Below, piece by piece: positions 26,202 through 36,192 of a DNA stretch of 64,000 nt (position 1 is the first letter of the stretch; each line of letters begins with the position of its first letter). The notes under the pieces are model-generated. The model worked only from the letters and a program-made list of their open reading frames with translations. It searched no databases and had not been told where the DNA came from. A program made the position numbers and the translations under genes. Source of the DNA: a virus (Duplodnaviria; Caudoviricetes). Location: the IMG/VR virus record IMGVR_UViG_3300031134_000001, positions 192,001 to 256,000 of that record, one strand, 5' to 3'.

Positions 26202-26969
26202 ATGACCAACATCGTCGACTTTGCCAAGTTCCAAAAAGCTAAGAAACAAAAGACAGAAGAACAAAACGAAGACAACTCAGTACTCGCCATCCTGAATGAT
26301 CGCATGGCATTTTTGCTTAATGATGGCAAATCGATTCAGGAGTTTGAAGGCGGCCGCCCTGGAAAAATCGACCCGGTTACCAGGGTTGAAGCGTTGTTGA
26401 TTTCGCAGATTTACTATCTGGAAACCGCACTGCGCGATTTCGTAGCGCACCACGCGCCACATCGGTTGCTGGACGACTACCTGACGTATCCGTATATCGA
26501 ATGGAATGAATTGGCCACCACGCAAACCTCAACATTCCAAGCATGGCACGAGAAGTTTGTAGAAGAGCCGGGCGTTTCTATGGCGCGTGAAGCGCATGTG
26601 TTGATCAAAGACATTCGCGCCATGGCAGCCATGCTCGGCTTTACTGACAAGATCGGTTTCATCTCTGGCGAGCCTGGCGATATGGGTAAGCTGATCTGCT
26701 CGCCGACCTCGCCGTTTGTGTTTCGCATTAACGGCGTAGCGGATATTGCCGACAGCTCGCTGTGTGTTACCTTCAAATTGAAAGATGGTTGCACCGATCC
26801 AGCTGGTTTGGTAAGCGGTGAAATCTTCATCCCACAGTTCTGGGTCAAACAAGAGCGTGTCACGTTCATGGCGTTGTTGTTTACCGCGCCATCGAGCTTT
26901 GAGTTCTTGCAGCAAGCCGAGTCGCTGATCCAGGCTGCCAAAGCTGGTCACGTTCGCGTTGAAAAGTAA
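26202..26969 (+). CDS. hypothetical protein
   Basis: AAC-rich leader, 255 aa. Confidence 0.8.
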   Translation: MTNIVDFAKFQKAKKQKTEEQNEDNSVLAILNDRMAFLLNDGKSIQEFEGGRPGKIDPVTRVEALLISQIYYLETALRDFVAHHAPHRLLDDYLTYPYIEWNELATTQTSTFQAWHEKFVEEPGVSMAREAHVLIKDIRAMAAMLGFTDKIGFISGEPGDMGKLICSPTSPFVFRINGVADIADSSLCVTFKLKDGCTDPAGLVSGEIFIPQFWVKQERVTFMALLFTAPSSFEFLQQAESLIQAAKAGHVRVEK

Positions 26970-26996
26970 TACCAGTAGTCTCCATTAGAGAGAAGA

Positions 26997-27037
26997 AGGT
27001 TAGGTGGTTAACGTATGTAGCTTCATCCACCTAACCT
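26997..27037 (+). repeat. 11-bp perfect inverted repeat AGGTTAGGTGG/CCACCTAACCT
   Basis: Directly visible; 19-nt loop containing TATG. Confidence 0.8.
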
Positions 27038-27063
27038 AACAATTCACGTCCATCCCCCCAACC

Positions 27064-27441
27064 ATGCTCAAACAAAGACATGTCCTGCAAGGCCCGCCGT
27101 TCTTCACATCGCCGGTGTTTGTTAACAAGATCGTTGAACGCGCTCGTAGCGTCGCCGATGAATCCCACGTCATCAGCGTGCAGTCGGACAACACGTCCCG
27201 CACGTTCGTTCATGTGACTGCGCAGTGGGTAGCTCCCGGTAGCCGTAAAGTCGAAAAGCGCATCATCATCGATCGGGAACTGACCGAGAAAGGCCATGTG
27301 CGCATGACCTACATGGCCAAGCTGTTTGATCCGAACGCCAAGATCGTGGACTACGACTTGTGTAACGACGCGCAGTACAACCAAGCCGGACGCGACATCG
27401 TGCATTACCTGCGTATGGGCATCTTGCCAGGAGCAGTTTAA
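27064..27441 (+). CDS. hypothetical protein
   Basis: 125 aa ORF. Confidence 0.7.
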   Translation: MLKQRHVLQGPPFFTSPVFVNKIVERARSVADESHVISVQSDNTSRTFVHVTAQWVAPGSRKVEKRIIIDRELTEKGHVRMTYMAKLFDPNAKIVDYDLCNDAQYNQAGRDIVHYLRMGILPGAV

Positions 27442-27449
27442 AATAGCGA

Positions 27450-27498
27450 GCATATCACCGCCCTCCAGAGCTTCGGCTCTGGGGGTAGGTAGTATGCT
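27450..27498 (+). terminator. GCATA-hairpin-TATGC element
   Basis: CCAGAGC-TTCG-GCTCTGG stem. Confidence 0.75.
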
Positions 27499-27532
27499 TT
27501 CTTTTTTTGCCTAGTGTAAATATTTTCGGGTA

Positions 27533-27540
27533 TATATTAC
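27533..27540 (+). promoter_or_regulatory. putative early promoter TATATTAC
   Basis: Exact phiKZ early consensus followed by TCAGATG. Confidence 0.7.
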
Positions 27541-27613
27541 TCAGATGTGATATCTATCGAGATAGTTATCTTCGATCGAATAATTAACAATTAATAACAT
27601 AAAAGGTTGCCAC

Positions 27614-28501
27614 ATGCTAGTTTCTCACATGATCGCTCGTAGTGAAAAAGGTTTGAAATTACAAGACATAAGCCAATTGGGTCGCAAGCCCTACCAGCCC
27701 TTGGCGTTTGAAGTGCGTCTGCAAATCATGCAAGCTTCTAAATTTGTAGTACCTACGGAACTAATCAATCTCATGGTGCCGTACATACTTGCTAAAGAAG
27801 ATAAATACTGGAGTGACGAAACCCAGCCTGACTGGGAAAATGCTATCGCTCGATACCGAGAATTCTCTAAGTTGCCGTTTGATTCAGTGTTCTTAGAGAA
27901 CATGGGTGGCGGATATCTAGTATCACGTCACCCAAACGCTGAGAATGCATGGATTGTGCGAACGGTATACAACGTGGATGGCGTAGGTGCGCAGTTGTCA
28001 CCAGTGCGTTTTGCGGTATACCTGAACGACGTAACAGAAGACAACTTTACTCGCACTGAAATACTGGGTGATAAATGGGTAGGAAGTGTAAACGCCACCC
28101 CACCCAAAGATGCAGAGTTATCCAAACGTATTCGCCAAATTACGATTTGGAATATTGCCGAAACGTTGTTGTTTTTGAATGTGCGCAATACAGTCACGCA
28201 TTTCTATCGTCCTGGCAAAAACGAGTTAAAAGACATCGTTAAGCCGTTGCACCGCTTTTATGATTACCGCGTCATTGACATTTACCGGGAACGAATTAAG
28301 TACCAACGTCTGGACGAAATCGTTGAGTTTGCACAAGACAACGATCGTGCAAATAAAGGTAAAGCGCATCGAGCGCACATGGTGCGCGGTCACTTTAAGA
28401 CCAAAGGCGGTAAACTGTACTGGTGGAACGCATTTATGCGTAACCGCCGCAACATTACCACCAGCGGCGTTGTCGAAAAAGATTATAAACTTCATACCTA
28501 A
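27614..28501 (+). CDS. hypothetical protein with C-terminal HxVRGHF motif
   Basis: AHMVRGHFKTKGGKLYWWNAF; visibly more AT-rich than neighbours. Confidence 0.8.
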   Translation: MLVSHMIARSEKGLKLQDISQLGRKPYQPLAFEVRLQIMQASKFVVPTELINLMVPYILAKEDKYWSDETQPDWENAIARYREFSKLPFDSVFLENMGGGYLVSRHPNAENAWIVRTVYNVDGVGAQLSPVRFAVYLNDVTEDNFTRTEILGDKWVGSVNATPPKDAELSKRIRQITIWNIAETLLFLNVRNTVTHFYRPGKNELKDIVKPLHRFYDYRVIDIYRERIKYQRLDEIVEFAQDNDRANKGKAHRAHMVRGHFKTKGGKLYWWNAFMRNRRNITTSGVVEKDYKLHT

Positions 28502-28517
28502 CCTAAAGGACTTTACT

Positions 28518-28925
28518 ATGATTTCCGCAAGCGAAGTATACAAAATGTACGAAGACGCAGAAATGAACGACACCCAGACGTACAGCGTCGAACCAGTTGC
28601 AGAACTGCGCGATGAGCGTGAGGATTTGCACGCTGAAATCGCCAACATCAATGCTGGCATCGAAACCACCGACGACGGCGACCAGATCGCCGCGCTGCGT
28701 CAAGAAAAGATCGGCTTGGTCGGTACACTGGAAGACATGGACCGCGTGTTGGACATGGCTGGTCAGAACCACAAGGGCTATCTGGTACTCAAGCGCGTGG
28801 CGTCGGAAGAATGGCATACCCGCATCCCGATGCTCTACATGAGCGACGACACTGATGCGTCCATGGCGGTTGCTGTGCTCAATACCCACGCCATCATCGA
28901 ATCGTTGCCCAAGGAGTCATCGTGA
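28518..28925 (+). CDS. hypothetical protein
   Basis: AAAGGA RBS before ATG 28518. Confidence 0.75.
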   Translation: MISASEVYKMYEDAEMNDTQTYSVEPVAELRDEREDLHAEIANINAGIETTDDGDQIAALRQEKIGLVGTLEDMDRVLDMAGQNHKGYLVLKRVASEEWHTRIPMLYMSDDTDASMAVAVLNTHAIIESLPKESS

Positions 28926-29260
28926 ACTTCGACACCCCAACCATCAAGTACAGCACCGACAACGGCGCGACCTATACCCCGGCGCCAGACGGTGTGCGAG
29001 TTGTGTACGAAAACTTCGACACCATGATCGAAGGTCAAGAACAGAAAGTCTTGATCGAGATCGCTCATCGCCCTGACGGCGTGACGACTGAAGTGTTCGG
29101 CACGGAAGTGCAGCTGTACGACACGCACATCGTGACAGCCACTACCGATCTGGATCAAATCGTGATCGACGCCATCCTCATCGGCAACGAGAACGACGAA
29201 GATGAAGGTGACGACGAACCGGTGGTTGAAAACCTCGACGACGACGATCCACCCACTTAA
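28922..29260 (+). CDS. hypothetical acidic protein (paralog of 29684..29962)
   Basis: IKYSTDNGATY...GVRVVYEN. Confidence 0.7.
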   Translation: MNFDTPTIKYSTDNGATYTPAPDGVRVVYENFDTMIEGQEQKVLIEIAHRPDGVTTEVFGTEVQLYDTHIVTATTDLDQIVIDAILIGNENDEDEGDDEPVVENLDDDDPPT

Positions 29261-29301
29261 AAAAGCAGTAACCCGACAATTAACAACTAAAAGGATCACC
29301 C

Positions 29302-29673
29302 ATGCTCTCGAATAACAAACGCAACATCGTTGTGTATTACTTCACAGACTCCACCCGCAGCGCTGTGATCGCCAACACCACCCGCTGGTATAAGTACGCC
29401 CGCAGTGCCAAAGCCACAGCGCACGACGCCATGGACTTGAATCTGTACGGGGCAGGTGTGGCCGTGGTGTACGACGACGAGAACGGCCGAGATTTGTACA
29501 TCTTTACCCGCGACGTCGAAGGTCGTGTTGTGACTGCTCACACGGCCGAAGCCATGAAGCAAAAGAACCTGGGCACCACGCGCGATCCGTTTGGCGACTT
29601 CACCAAGAAGCTGTCCAAGACGGCTGCATCGCGCCGCACGAAAGAGTTCCAAGGACTTCCACGTCGTCACTAA
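29302..29673 (+). CDS. hypothetical protein
   Basis: TAACAACTAAAAGGA leader. Confidence 0.75.
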   Translation: MLSNNKRNIVVYYFTDSTRSAVIANTTRWYKYARSAKATAHDAMDLNLYGAGVAVVYDDENGRDLYIFTRDVEGRVVTAHTAEAMKQKNLGTTRDPFGDFTKKLSKTAASRRTKEFQGLPRRH

Positions 29674-29683
29674 AAGGAATGAC

Positions 29684-29962
29684 ATGAATTGCGATCAAAT
29701 CAAAATCAGTTTGGATGGAGGTCAGACTTTTCAAGATGTCGACTCTGAAAATGGTGTTATCGTCAAGTACGAAAACACGATAGTAACAACCATGTTAGAT
29801 GGTAGTCCAACGCAATATGGCGATGTTACCACCACTTTTACCAAGTCGGACGTTATTCAACAAATCCACTATCGGCATGAAGAAGATCCCGTCGTGGAGT
29901 TTGGGCGGACTGTGTGGGAGTACATGAGAAAAATTCGATTTGAATGGGCTGGAAGAAAATAA
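29684..29962 (+). CDS. hypothetical protein (paralog of 28922..29260)
   Basis: IKISLDGGQTF...GVIVKYEN. Confidence 0.7.
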   Translation: MNCDQIKISLDGGQTFQDVDSENGVIVKYENTIVTTMLDGSPTQYGDVTTTFTKSDVIQQIHYRHEEDPVVEFGRTVWEYMRKIRFEWAGRK

Positions 29963-29963
29963 C

Positions 29964-30341
29964 ATGAAACTTTGGAAATGGTTGGTTCGGCAGTTTTGCA
30001 CAATCGAGATCGCTGGCTTAAAAGCCGTACCCAATATCGAAACAGCCATGCTGCAAGATTACGACGCGGGTATTTGCGGTAACTACATTGAAACAAACAT
30101 GTATACCAACGTTGTCAAGTGTGGGCAACGTCAAGTCATGGCGATTCGTGTCAAAGATCCGGCGATGTTGAGAGATATGGGCGAGCGTGATAAAGAGCGG
30201 ATCGAGAAGGAATTGCGCAGCTTAAATTTCGTCTGGTCGGGTGACTTGTATATTTTCCCCAAGCGTCCTGGTGGCGCTAGTCTTGACTGGCGGATTGATA
30301 ACACCATCAAAGACCAACTGGGTTCGTACTACCTCCAGTAA
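29964..30341 (+). CDS. hypothetical protein
   Basis: Contiguous ORF. Confidence 0.7.
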   Translation: MKLWKWLVRQFCTIEIAGLKAVPNIETAMLQDYDAGICGNYIETNMYTNVVKCGQRQVMAIRVKDPAMLRDMGERDKERIEKELRSLNFVWSGDLYIFPKRPGGASLDWRIDNTIKDQLGSYYLQ

Positions 30342-30348
30342 GTTTATG

Positions 30349-30373
30349 CAAGGGGATTGACCATCCCCTTTTT
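30349..30373 (+). terminator. rho-independent terminator
   Basis: AAGGGGAT/ATCCCCTT plus T-tract. Confidence 0.7.
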
Positions 30374-30407
30374 TTGTACCTATAATTAACAACTAAAAGG
30401 AATTCAT

Positions 30408-30800
30408 ATGGCCAACGCAATCGCAGTTATTATCCCGCCATGGGTGGCTAAGATCAAAAGCACCCTGGTTGAGTCGGACACCACGGTCTACCAGTTCTTC
30501 CCAGGACTGATGCAGTGGCGTAACGTCGACTACATGGAGCGCATCATGCTCATCTACGGCGCGACGCCGGGTGTGCGTTTCCAGATCAAAACGCTGTTTG
30601 ACAACATGCGTGAAGAGGCGCAGTGCGAAGAGGACCCTCATTGTTTGATAGCCCGCATCGACTTGTCGACCCAATTTCCGAAATGCCTGTATTTGATGTT
30701 CAGGCTGGACAGGAACGATGCACCGCTTATGGGTAGCTATATGCTGCACGTAAACGACGAAGGGCTGATCGAACGCGTGACTCGAATGACGATGTGTTGA
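30408..30800 (+). CDS. hypothetical protein
   Basis: TAACAACTAAAAGGA leader. Confidence 0.75.
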   Translation: MANAIAVIIPPWVAKIKSTLVESDTTVYQFFPGLMQWRNVDYMERIMLIYGATPGVRFQIKTLFDNMREEAQCEEDPHCLIARIDLSTQFPKCLYLMFRLDRNDAPLMGSYMLHVNDEGLIERVTRMTMC

Positions 30801-30835
30801 GTCGCATGATCCCTTTGTACTGAGACCTTTCATCC

Positions 30836-31273
30836 ATGAACGTAATTACCCAAGACTACAACAACACCACCGACTTTGATTTCGTGCGCCAAGTCTTTGA
30901 CGCTCTGGATAAGATCCCAACGAAGAACAAAGTGGTGTTCCCGTTACCGAATCGTTGTTCCGCATTCGCAGACATCGACTGCCGGTTGTTCTACGACGAC
31001 TATAAGCCACACGGTGAGTTCAAGTTCCATCTGCGCTCTGAAGGCTTGGAGATGGCCCACAGCATCGTCATCAGTACGACGGTGACCGATGGTTCGCTCA
31101 AGCTGCAGATGGTGGTCAAACCCAACGGCAAACTACGTCGTGCTGGTGCTCGTAGTCTGGTGCGCATCATCCCCAACGTAAAACTGTTGGCCGATGCAAT
31201 CTGCGCTAATTACATTCCTGGATCAAACGGTCGCAAGATCGTTGTTGTACCTGCTGTAAAACAATTCGCATAG
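30836..31273 (+). CDS. hypothetical protein
   Basis: 145 aa ORF. Confidence 0.7.
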   Translation: MNVITQDYNNTTDFDFVRQVFDALDKIPTKNKVVFPLPNRCSAFADIDCRLFYDDYKPHGEFKFHLRSEGLEMAHSIVISTTVTDGSLKLQMVVKPNGKLRRAGARSLVRIIPNVKLLADAICANYIPGSNGRKIVVVPAVKQFA

Positions 31274-31311
31274 CGTCCCTAGCCCTCCATTACGGGGGGC
31301 TAGGTATGCCG
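31268..31311 (+). terminator. GCATA-hairpin-TATGCCG element
   Basis: CCTAGCCCTCC/GGGGGGCTAGG stem. Confidence 0.75.
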
Positions 31312-31343
31312 TCTTAGTTCTAACCACCAAAAGGAAAAGCATC

Positions 31344-31655
31344 ATGAGTCTCAAAACCATAAAAATTCCAACCAGCGATGCTGCAGCTCCGCGCGTATCC
31401 GGCAGCAACGGCAAGCGTCCAAGAATGATCGACGTGTTCAACAAGATTCTTATCGAGAAAGGAATCGACGACATGAAGTTGAGCGAGCTTATTCTCGCAC
31501 ACATCAAGAAGGAAGATCCAGAAGACACGGAAGCAATTCAAATGCGCAGTGCTGAACACTGGCTGAACCACCTGAAAGATAACAACCTTTCGTGGGTAAA
31601 ATTCTGCAAAGGTCTGGAAATGATCGGTGTGGATGAGCTGGTATTGTCGGTCTAA
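31344..31655 (+). CDS. hypothetical protein
   Basis: AAGGA RBS, 103 aa. Confidence 0.75.
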   Translation: MSLKTIKIPTSDAAAPRVSGSNGKRPRMIDVFNKILIEKGIDDMKLSELILAHIKKEDPEDTEAIQMRSAEHWLNHLKDNNLSWVKFCKGLEMIGVDELVLSV

Positions 31656-31725
31656 ATGTTGCAGAGGTTAAACAATATTCCGTTGCCAAATAGTACAGTG
31701 CACGTTAACCTCAAGGAGAATTATC

Positions 31726-32445
31726 ATGGCAAAAAAGAAAGCTACTACCGCAGTCCAAGAGCCAATCAAATCGCAGATGGGTGACATCATTGCCATCTGT
31801 TTGACGCCTAAGAAAGAAACCAACGAAGAAAGTGAAACGGGGACCAATGTCGCCGTGGCGCGCATCGGGGAAGTGCTCCGAGCGACCAACGCCTACGAGA
31901 CGATCGATGTCATCAATATCAAAGACGTTGACCTGAACGCGCCACTCATCTACGCCGAGAAAGATGGCGACAAAGAAATGCAGGAGTACGTCAGCACCGG
32001 CGAAGGCAAAGTCACCATGGCGTTGGTAATGAACCAATACAAGCGTGATCGCGATCGTGGCGACATCGAAGAGAAGGACCGCTTCATCGCCATGGGTGAA
32101 GAAGCCATCAAGACCGAAGATGAAGCGCGCCGTAAGCATCTGCGCGAAGCCATCCTGGAGGCGAACAACGCTGCTGACAAGCGCCGTGCTGAAGCGGTGC
32201 TGCATGCGTTCGACGTGGCCAACCGCTGGTCGACTGCGCCAGAACTCACGCCACGTGAACGGGTCCATGGCGCTACGCGCGAACTGTACCACCACTACGG
32301 CCCAACCCAAGCCCGTGATGAGCATGGTCGCTTTGTCCATGTGGAAGCGGGGCCTGAGTACGACGCCCACTACGAAGCGCACTTCGCGGAAGACATCAAG
32401 TTCCGCTCGATCCGCGCTGCCAAAGATTTGTTCGGAGGTAAATAA
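31726..32445 (+). CDS. DLF-tail array protein 1
   Basis: Ends KFRSIRAAKDLFGGK. Confidence 0.85.
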   Translation: MAKKKATTAVQEPIKSQMGDIIAICLTPKKETNEESETGTNVAVARIGEVLRATNAYETIDVINIKDVDLNAPLIYAEKDGDKEMQEYVSTGEGKVTMALVMNQYKRDRDRGDIEEKDRFIAMGEEAIKTEDEARRKHLREAILEANNAADKRRAEAVLHAFDVANRWSTAPELTPRERVHGATRELYHHYGPTQARDEHGRFVHVEAGPEYDAHYEAHFAEDIKFRSIRAAKDLFGGK

Positions 32446-33131
32446 TGGCTGAGGAAAAAGACATCGATCCACCAGTCGGCACCGTCGTTACCATCATGGG
32501 GATGCCGATCGGTAAATCCCCAGAAAGCGTGATGCGCGCCATCAACGATATCTCGGAAGCAGCACTGGGCCACTTCACCAAAGTCGAGGTAGCTCACCTT
32601 CCCAATGTTCCTCTTTTTACCGCTGAGGTTGTCAAAAATAACCCTGACGAACTTGACAACGAATACCTGGCTACGCCGGTAGGTCGTGCGGCTTCCACTG
32701 TGTTTGCTGGCAGTATGCGAACTCTGGATGACCTTGAAGACAAAAAGGAAGAAGCTCGCTTGGCCACGATGTCGCCAGAAGAAATCGAAGCGGAAGAGGA
32801 GCGACTCGATGCATGGGCTAAGAACTTGAAAGAAGAAGCTCGCGCCAACACGCTGAAAGAAATCCGGCAAGGGGTTATTGAATCCTACGAAATCGCTGAG
32901 AAGTGGGCGATCACGCCTAACGTCACAGCGCGTGAAGTGGCCCACGGCGTGGCGCATGACATGCATGCCCATTTGGCTTACGATTATGGCAAGCCGGGCG
33001 AGTACCGTCCAGAGCGGACTTACCCAACGCCATCCCAAAATTACCAGTCGTACTACACGGAACAGCTGGCTGATGAAATCAAGGCGCGTTCTATCCGTGC
33101 AGCGAAAGACCTTTTTGGAGAAGGCCGATGA
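32445..33131 (+). CDS. DLF-tail array protein 2
   Basis: Ends KARSIRAAKDLFGEGR. Confidence 0.85.
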   Translation: MAEEKDIDPPVGTVVTIMGMPIGKSPESVMRAINDISEAALGHFTKVEVAHLPNVPLFTAEVVKNNPDELDNEYLATPVGRAASTVFAGSMRTLDDLEDKKEEARLATMSPEEIEAEEERLDAWAKNLKEEARANTLKEIRQGVIESYEIAEKWAITPNVTAREVAHGVAHDMHAHLAYDYGKPGEYRPERTYPTPSQNYQSYYTEQLADEIKARSIRAAKDLFGEGR

Positions 33132-33805
33132 GTAAAGAAGAACCTAACCGCGATTGGAATGCGGAACATCGCGAAATCAATGAAAAAGGGCATCAAGATC
33201 TCGCGCGTCTTTATATCAAGGACGCGAACAAGCGTAAGGACGATATGTTCTTCGATGGTCAACCCATCGATTCGCCTAACCGCTTGGCAGCTCGCGCGAT
33301 CATCGCGCTGGTGGGGGATCGCACGAATGCGGATTTTCTTGATCTGCATCAGCATGGCCGTAGCGAAATAACTAACATCGCTGTCGAGATCATCGGACAA
33401 GTCAACGCTCAGCAAGTGGCTGACTCCATTTACGAAAGGGTCCAAGTCGTGGATGCGCCTAAAGATAAACCCAACCCAACGCCAAGCAAGTTGGACCAAG
33501 CCATGGAAAACATGCAGTACACGTTTTCTGAACTGTCAATGGCGCGGCGCGATGATGAATTGCGCGAAGTCATGACCGCCGCAGTTAACTGGGGCAATCG
33601 CGATGACCTGTCGCCGATGGAGCGTTGTCAAGGGTTGGCACATGAGCTCTATAGCGAGTGGGGTACCGATACCGTGATGACCGCCGACGGCACTACGGTA
33701 CCCACCAGCCCTGGGCTTAACTACGCTCGCATGTACGAGCATGGCTTTGCCGAAGAAATCAAGGCGCGCTCGATGCGGGCTGCTAAGGATTTGTTCGGCT
33801 CGTAA
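33128..33805 (+). CDS. DLF-tail array protein 3
   Basis: Ends KARSMRAAKDLFGS. Confidence 0.85.
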   Translation: MSKEEPNRDWNAEHREINEKGHQDLARLYIKDANKRKDDMFFDGQPIDSPNRLAARAIIALVGDRTNADFLDLHQHGRSEITNIAVEIIGQVNAQQVADSIYERVQVVDAPKDKPNPTPSKLDQAMENMQYTFSELSMARRDDELREVMTAAVNWGNRDDLSPMERCQGLAHELYSEWGTDTVMTADGTTVPTSPGLNYARMYEHGFAEEIKARSMRAAKDLFGS

Positions 33806-33814
33806 AGGAGAATC

Positions 33815-34990
33815 ATGGCAAACAACTACCAGGACATAGTTGGTCAAATTTATCTTGAAAAGATGACCCCCGTTATCGCAGCTCTTTTCAAGACCTACAA
33901 CCTTAACCCTCACTCTAACTATCCAGGCAATGGCGCCTACGGCATCTGGTGTGGCGAATTGGTCGGCAACGACTATCCGACGTGGGATAGCTTTGCAGAG
34001 TCGCTGAGAGAACTCTGTCAGCAACTTAACATTGTCGTTGATGATGGAAACATCGAAGAAGAAAACGAGTTTTACGCTTACTTACTGAAACTCCTCTTTA
34101 CCTTCTTTGGCGCTATCGATAAAGAAGATGCGAAAGCATATATCGAAATAGCGAGAACGTGCGATTCATACGACTTCGTCGAACTGCGTTATCTGTTTAA
34201 CATCGCCCAACTCATGAACGACGGACATGGCTTAAAGCGCTATGAAGTTGACAGCGCGTTTTACTGCTCCAAACCGCGTCACCAAGAGTTTGGTGGTTAT
34301 GGCGAATACCACAGCCACCATGTCCATTCATTTGAAGGTTCAATCCAGGCTTGTTTGTTTGGCGCCGCTTTAGAAGAAGATTTGCTGGCTAAGCGCTACG
34401 ACGCCGCTGCAGCGCGTATCGTCGACAAAACCGCACGCTCACTCAACTGCATCACCAACCCAGAAGACCGTCAGAAAGTTCAAAGTCTGGTCGTGAAGGA
34501 AATGAATACCCTACACACGCCCATTCCGCAAGGTCAACCCGCCAGCAACGAACCTACTATCAACCCCTACGACATCGACGCAATCATCGACGCGCCTGTG
34601 GTACAAATGACACATAGTGAGCAGCGCTCGGAAATCGCGGGTGCTATTTACAACATCGCGCGGGAGTGGGCGGATAAGCCGGCACACTTCGATCCATACG
34701 AACGGGTGCATGGCGCGCTCTGCAGCTTCATCAGTCTGCTCGAAGACGGTAATGGTGAAACTGTACCACCCATGCAGTTGTATCCGATTCCTGCAAGCCA
34801 CAAAAGTTACGACACCTCGGTTTTCCGAGAAGGTCCAGAATGGCAAGTCGGGCAATGGCGCTTTAATCAGCCTATCCCGATGTACGAAACAAATAACCCA
34901 CAACACAGTTTGTTGAACGAATTCATCACCACTGCGGAGACTCTGGAACGTCGACGAATCGAAGCGGCTAAGAAAATGTTCGGCACCTAG
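33815..34990 (+). CDS. DLF-tail array protein 4
   Basis: Ends ERRRIEAAKKMFGT; N-terminal half resembles an ICE-type hypothetical domain (recollection). Confidence 0.85.
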   Translation: MANNYQDIVGQIYLEKMTPVIAALFKTYNLNPHSNYPGNGAYGIWCGELVGNDYPTWDSFAESLRELCQQLNIVVDDGNIEEENEFYAYLLKLLFTFFGAIDKEDAKAYIEIARTCDSYDFVELRYLFNIAQLMNDGHGLKRYEVDSAFYCSKPRHQEFGGYGEYHSHHVHSFEGSIQACLFGAALEEDLLAKRYDAAAARIVDKTARSLNCITNPEDRQKVQSLVVKEMNTLHTPIPQGQPASNEPTINPYDIDAIIDAPVVQMTHSEQRSEIAGAIYNIAREWADKPAHFDPYERVHGALCSFISLLEDGNGETVPPMQLYPIPASHKSYDTSVFREGPEWQVGQWRFNQPIPMYETNNPQHSLLNEFITTAETLERRRIEAAKKMFGT

Positions 34991-35002
34991 AAAGGCAACA
35001 CC

Positions 35003-35389
35003 ATGGACCACGACAAGATGCAACACCGTCGTTTCTTTACAGATGCAGCGTATCGCGCAGTGACTGAAGCGACGGCCGATAGCTTTGTAAAGGCAATGCA
35101 AGACTATAGCGCGCTGCCCGTCAACGAAGAGGACTACGCTGGGGATAAAGCCAAAGATTACTTCCCTGCGGTTGATGCCGCAGACATCGCGGCTGGAGCT
35201 ATTCTTTCTGAATTGTCTCATCGTCTCGACTTCCATTACGAAGTCGACCACCATGGTAACCACGACATGAATGACATGGTGGCGTCGATTATTCGCAAGA
35301 GCATGGCGCCTGCTACCGTAGAGCCGCCTGAGGCCACGTTTGAATCGATCGACATTCGTGCGCTGCTCGACGATACTAACAAGTCGTAG
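35003..35389 (+). CDS. array protein 5 (N-terminal module only, no tail)
   Basis: Aligns with the N-terminal half of 35403..36191 (RRFFTD/RRYFTD; AADIAAGAILSEL/QADLAAEAVLSQL). Confidence 0.8.
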   Translation: MDHDKMQHRRFFTDAAYRAVTEATADSFVKAMQDYSALPVNEEDYAGDKAKDYFPAVDAADIAAGAILSELSHRLDFHYEVDHHGNHDMNDMVASIIRKSMAPATVEPPEATFESIDIRALLDDTNKS

Positions 35390-35402
35390 AAGGGAAATCC
35401 AA

Positions 35403-36191
35403 ATGGAAGATAAGAAACAATCGCGGCGGTACTTTACTGACAAAAACTATCGTCATCAAATCCAAGAAGCCGCTTACGCCGATGTAGAGCGTTCTAAAAT
35501 CTTCATGGGGGAAGATCTCGATAAAGGCACCGAACATTACCATCCCATCGTTGACCAAGCTGACTTAGCGGCCGAAGCGGTCCTCAGTCAGCTGAGTGAT
35601 CGCAGTGGTATTCAACTTGATTTCGACCCTGAAACGAATCACGAAATCGCTGACACTCTGGCAGAAATCATTCGCCACAGCATGGCTGCCCAAGTCTACG
35701 AGCGTCCTCCGCTGGACTACACGCCGTTCGTTTACCACGATGAAAAGTGGCCGTTCTTCGACGACAACGAAATTCGCTCCGAAGGCGGGACGTACACACC
35801 CCACGAAGTGCGTCAGCAGCTGTTTAACCGCATGATCGACAAAGCGATGACGTGCGGTCAAGAGGAAGGCAACTACACGCCAACTGAACGCTGCATGCGG
35901 ACGGTGCACGGCGTCATCGGTTTGATCGATGGCAAAGGTGGTAATCGTTCGGATGGTAAAGGTCTGCCGGTCATGCAACTGATGATCTGCCCAAGCCCCG
36001 AGTATTCGGAAGAACGTGCCCGTAAAGGGCTGCCGTTGTATGACAACAGCGTACCGCTTGACTGCGGATTGCCCGCACCTGACTATGAGACCGGGCTGAC
36101 ACGGGCATTCGAAGACCACTACACCAGTCGGTTTGAAACGTCCATTCGCGCCCGGCAACTGCGCGCAGCGAAGGATCTCTTTGGGAGCTAA
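35403..36191 (+). CDS. DLF-tail array protein 6
   Basis: Ends RARQLRAAKDLFGS. Confidence 0.85.
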   Translation: MEDKKQSRRYFTDKNYRHQIQEAAYADVERSKIFMGEDLDKGTEHYHPIVDQADLAAEAVLSQLSDRSGIQLDFDPETNHEIADTLAEIIRHSMAAQVYERPPLDYTPFVYHDEKWPFFDDNEIRSEGGTYTPHEVRQQLFNRMIDKAMTCGQEEGNYTPTERCMRTVHGVIGLIDGKGGNRSDGKGLPVMQLMICPSPEYSEERARKGLPLYDNSVPLDCGLPAPDYETGLTRAFEDHYTSRFETSIRARQLRAAKDLFGS

Positions 36192-36192
36192 C

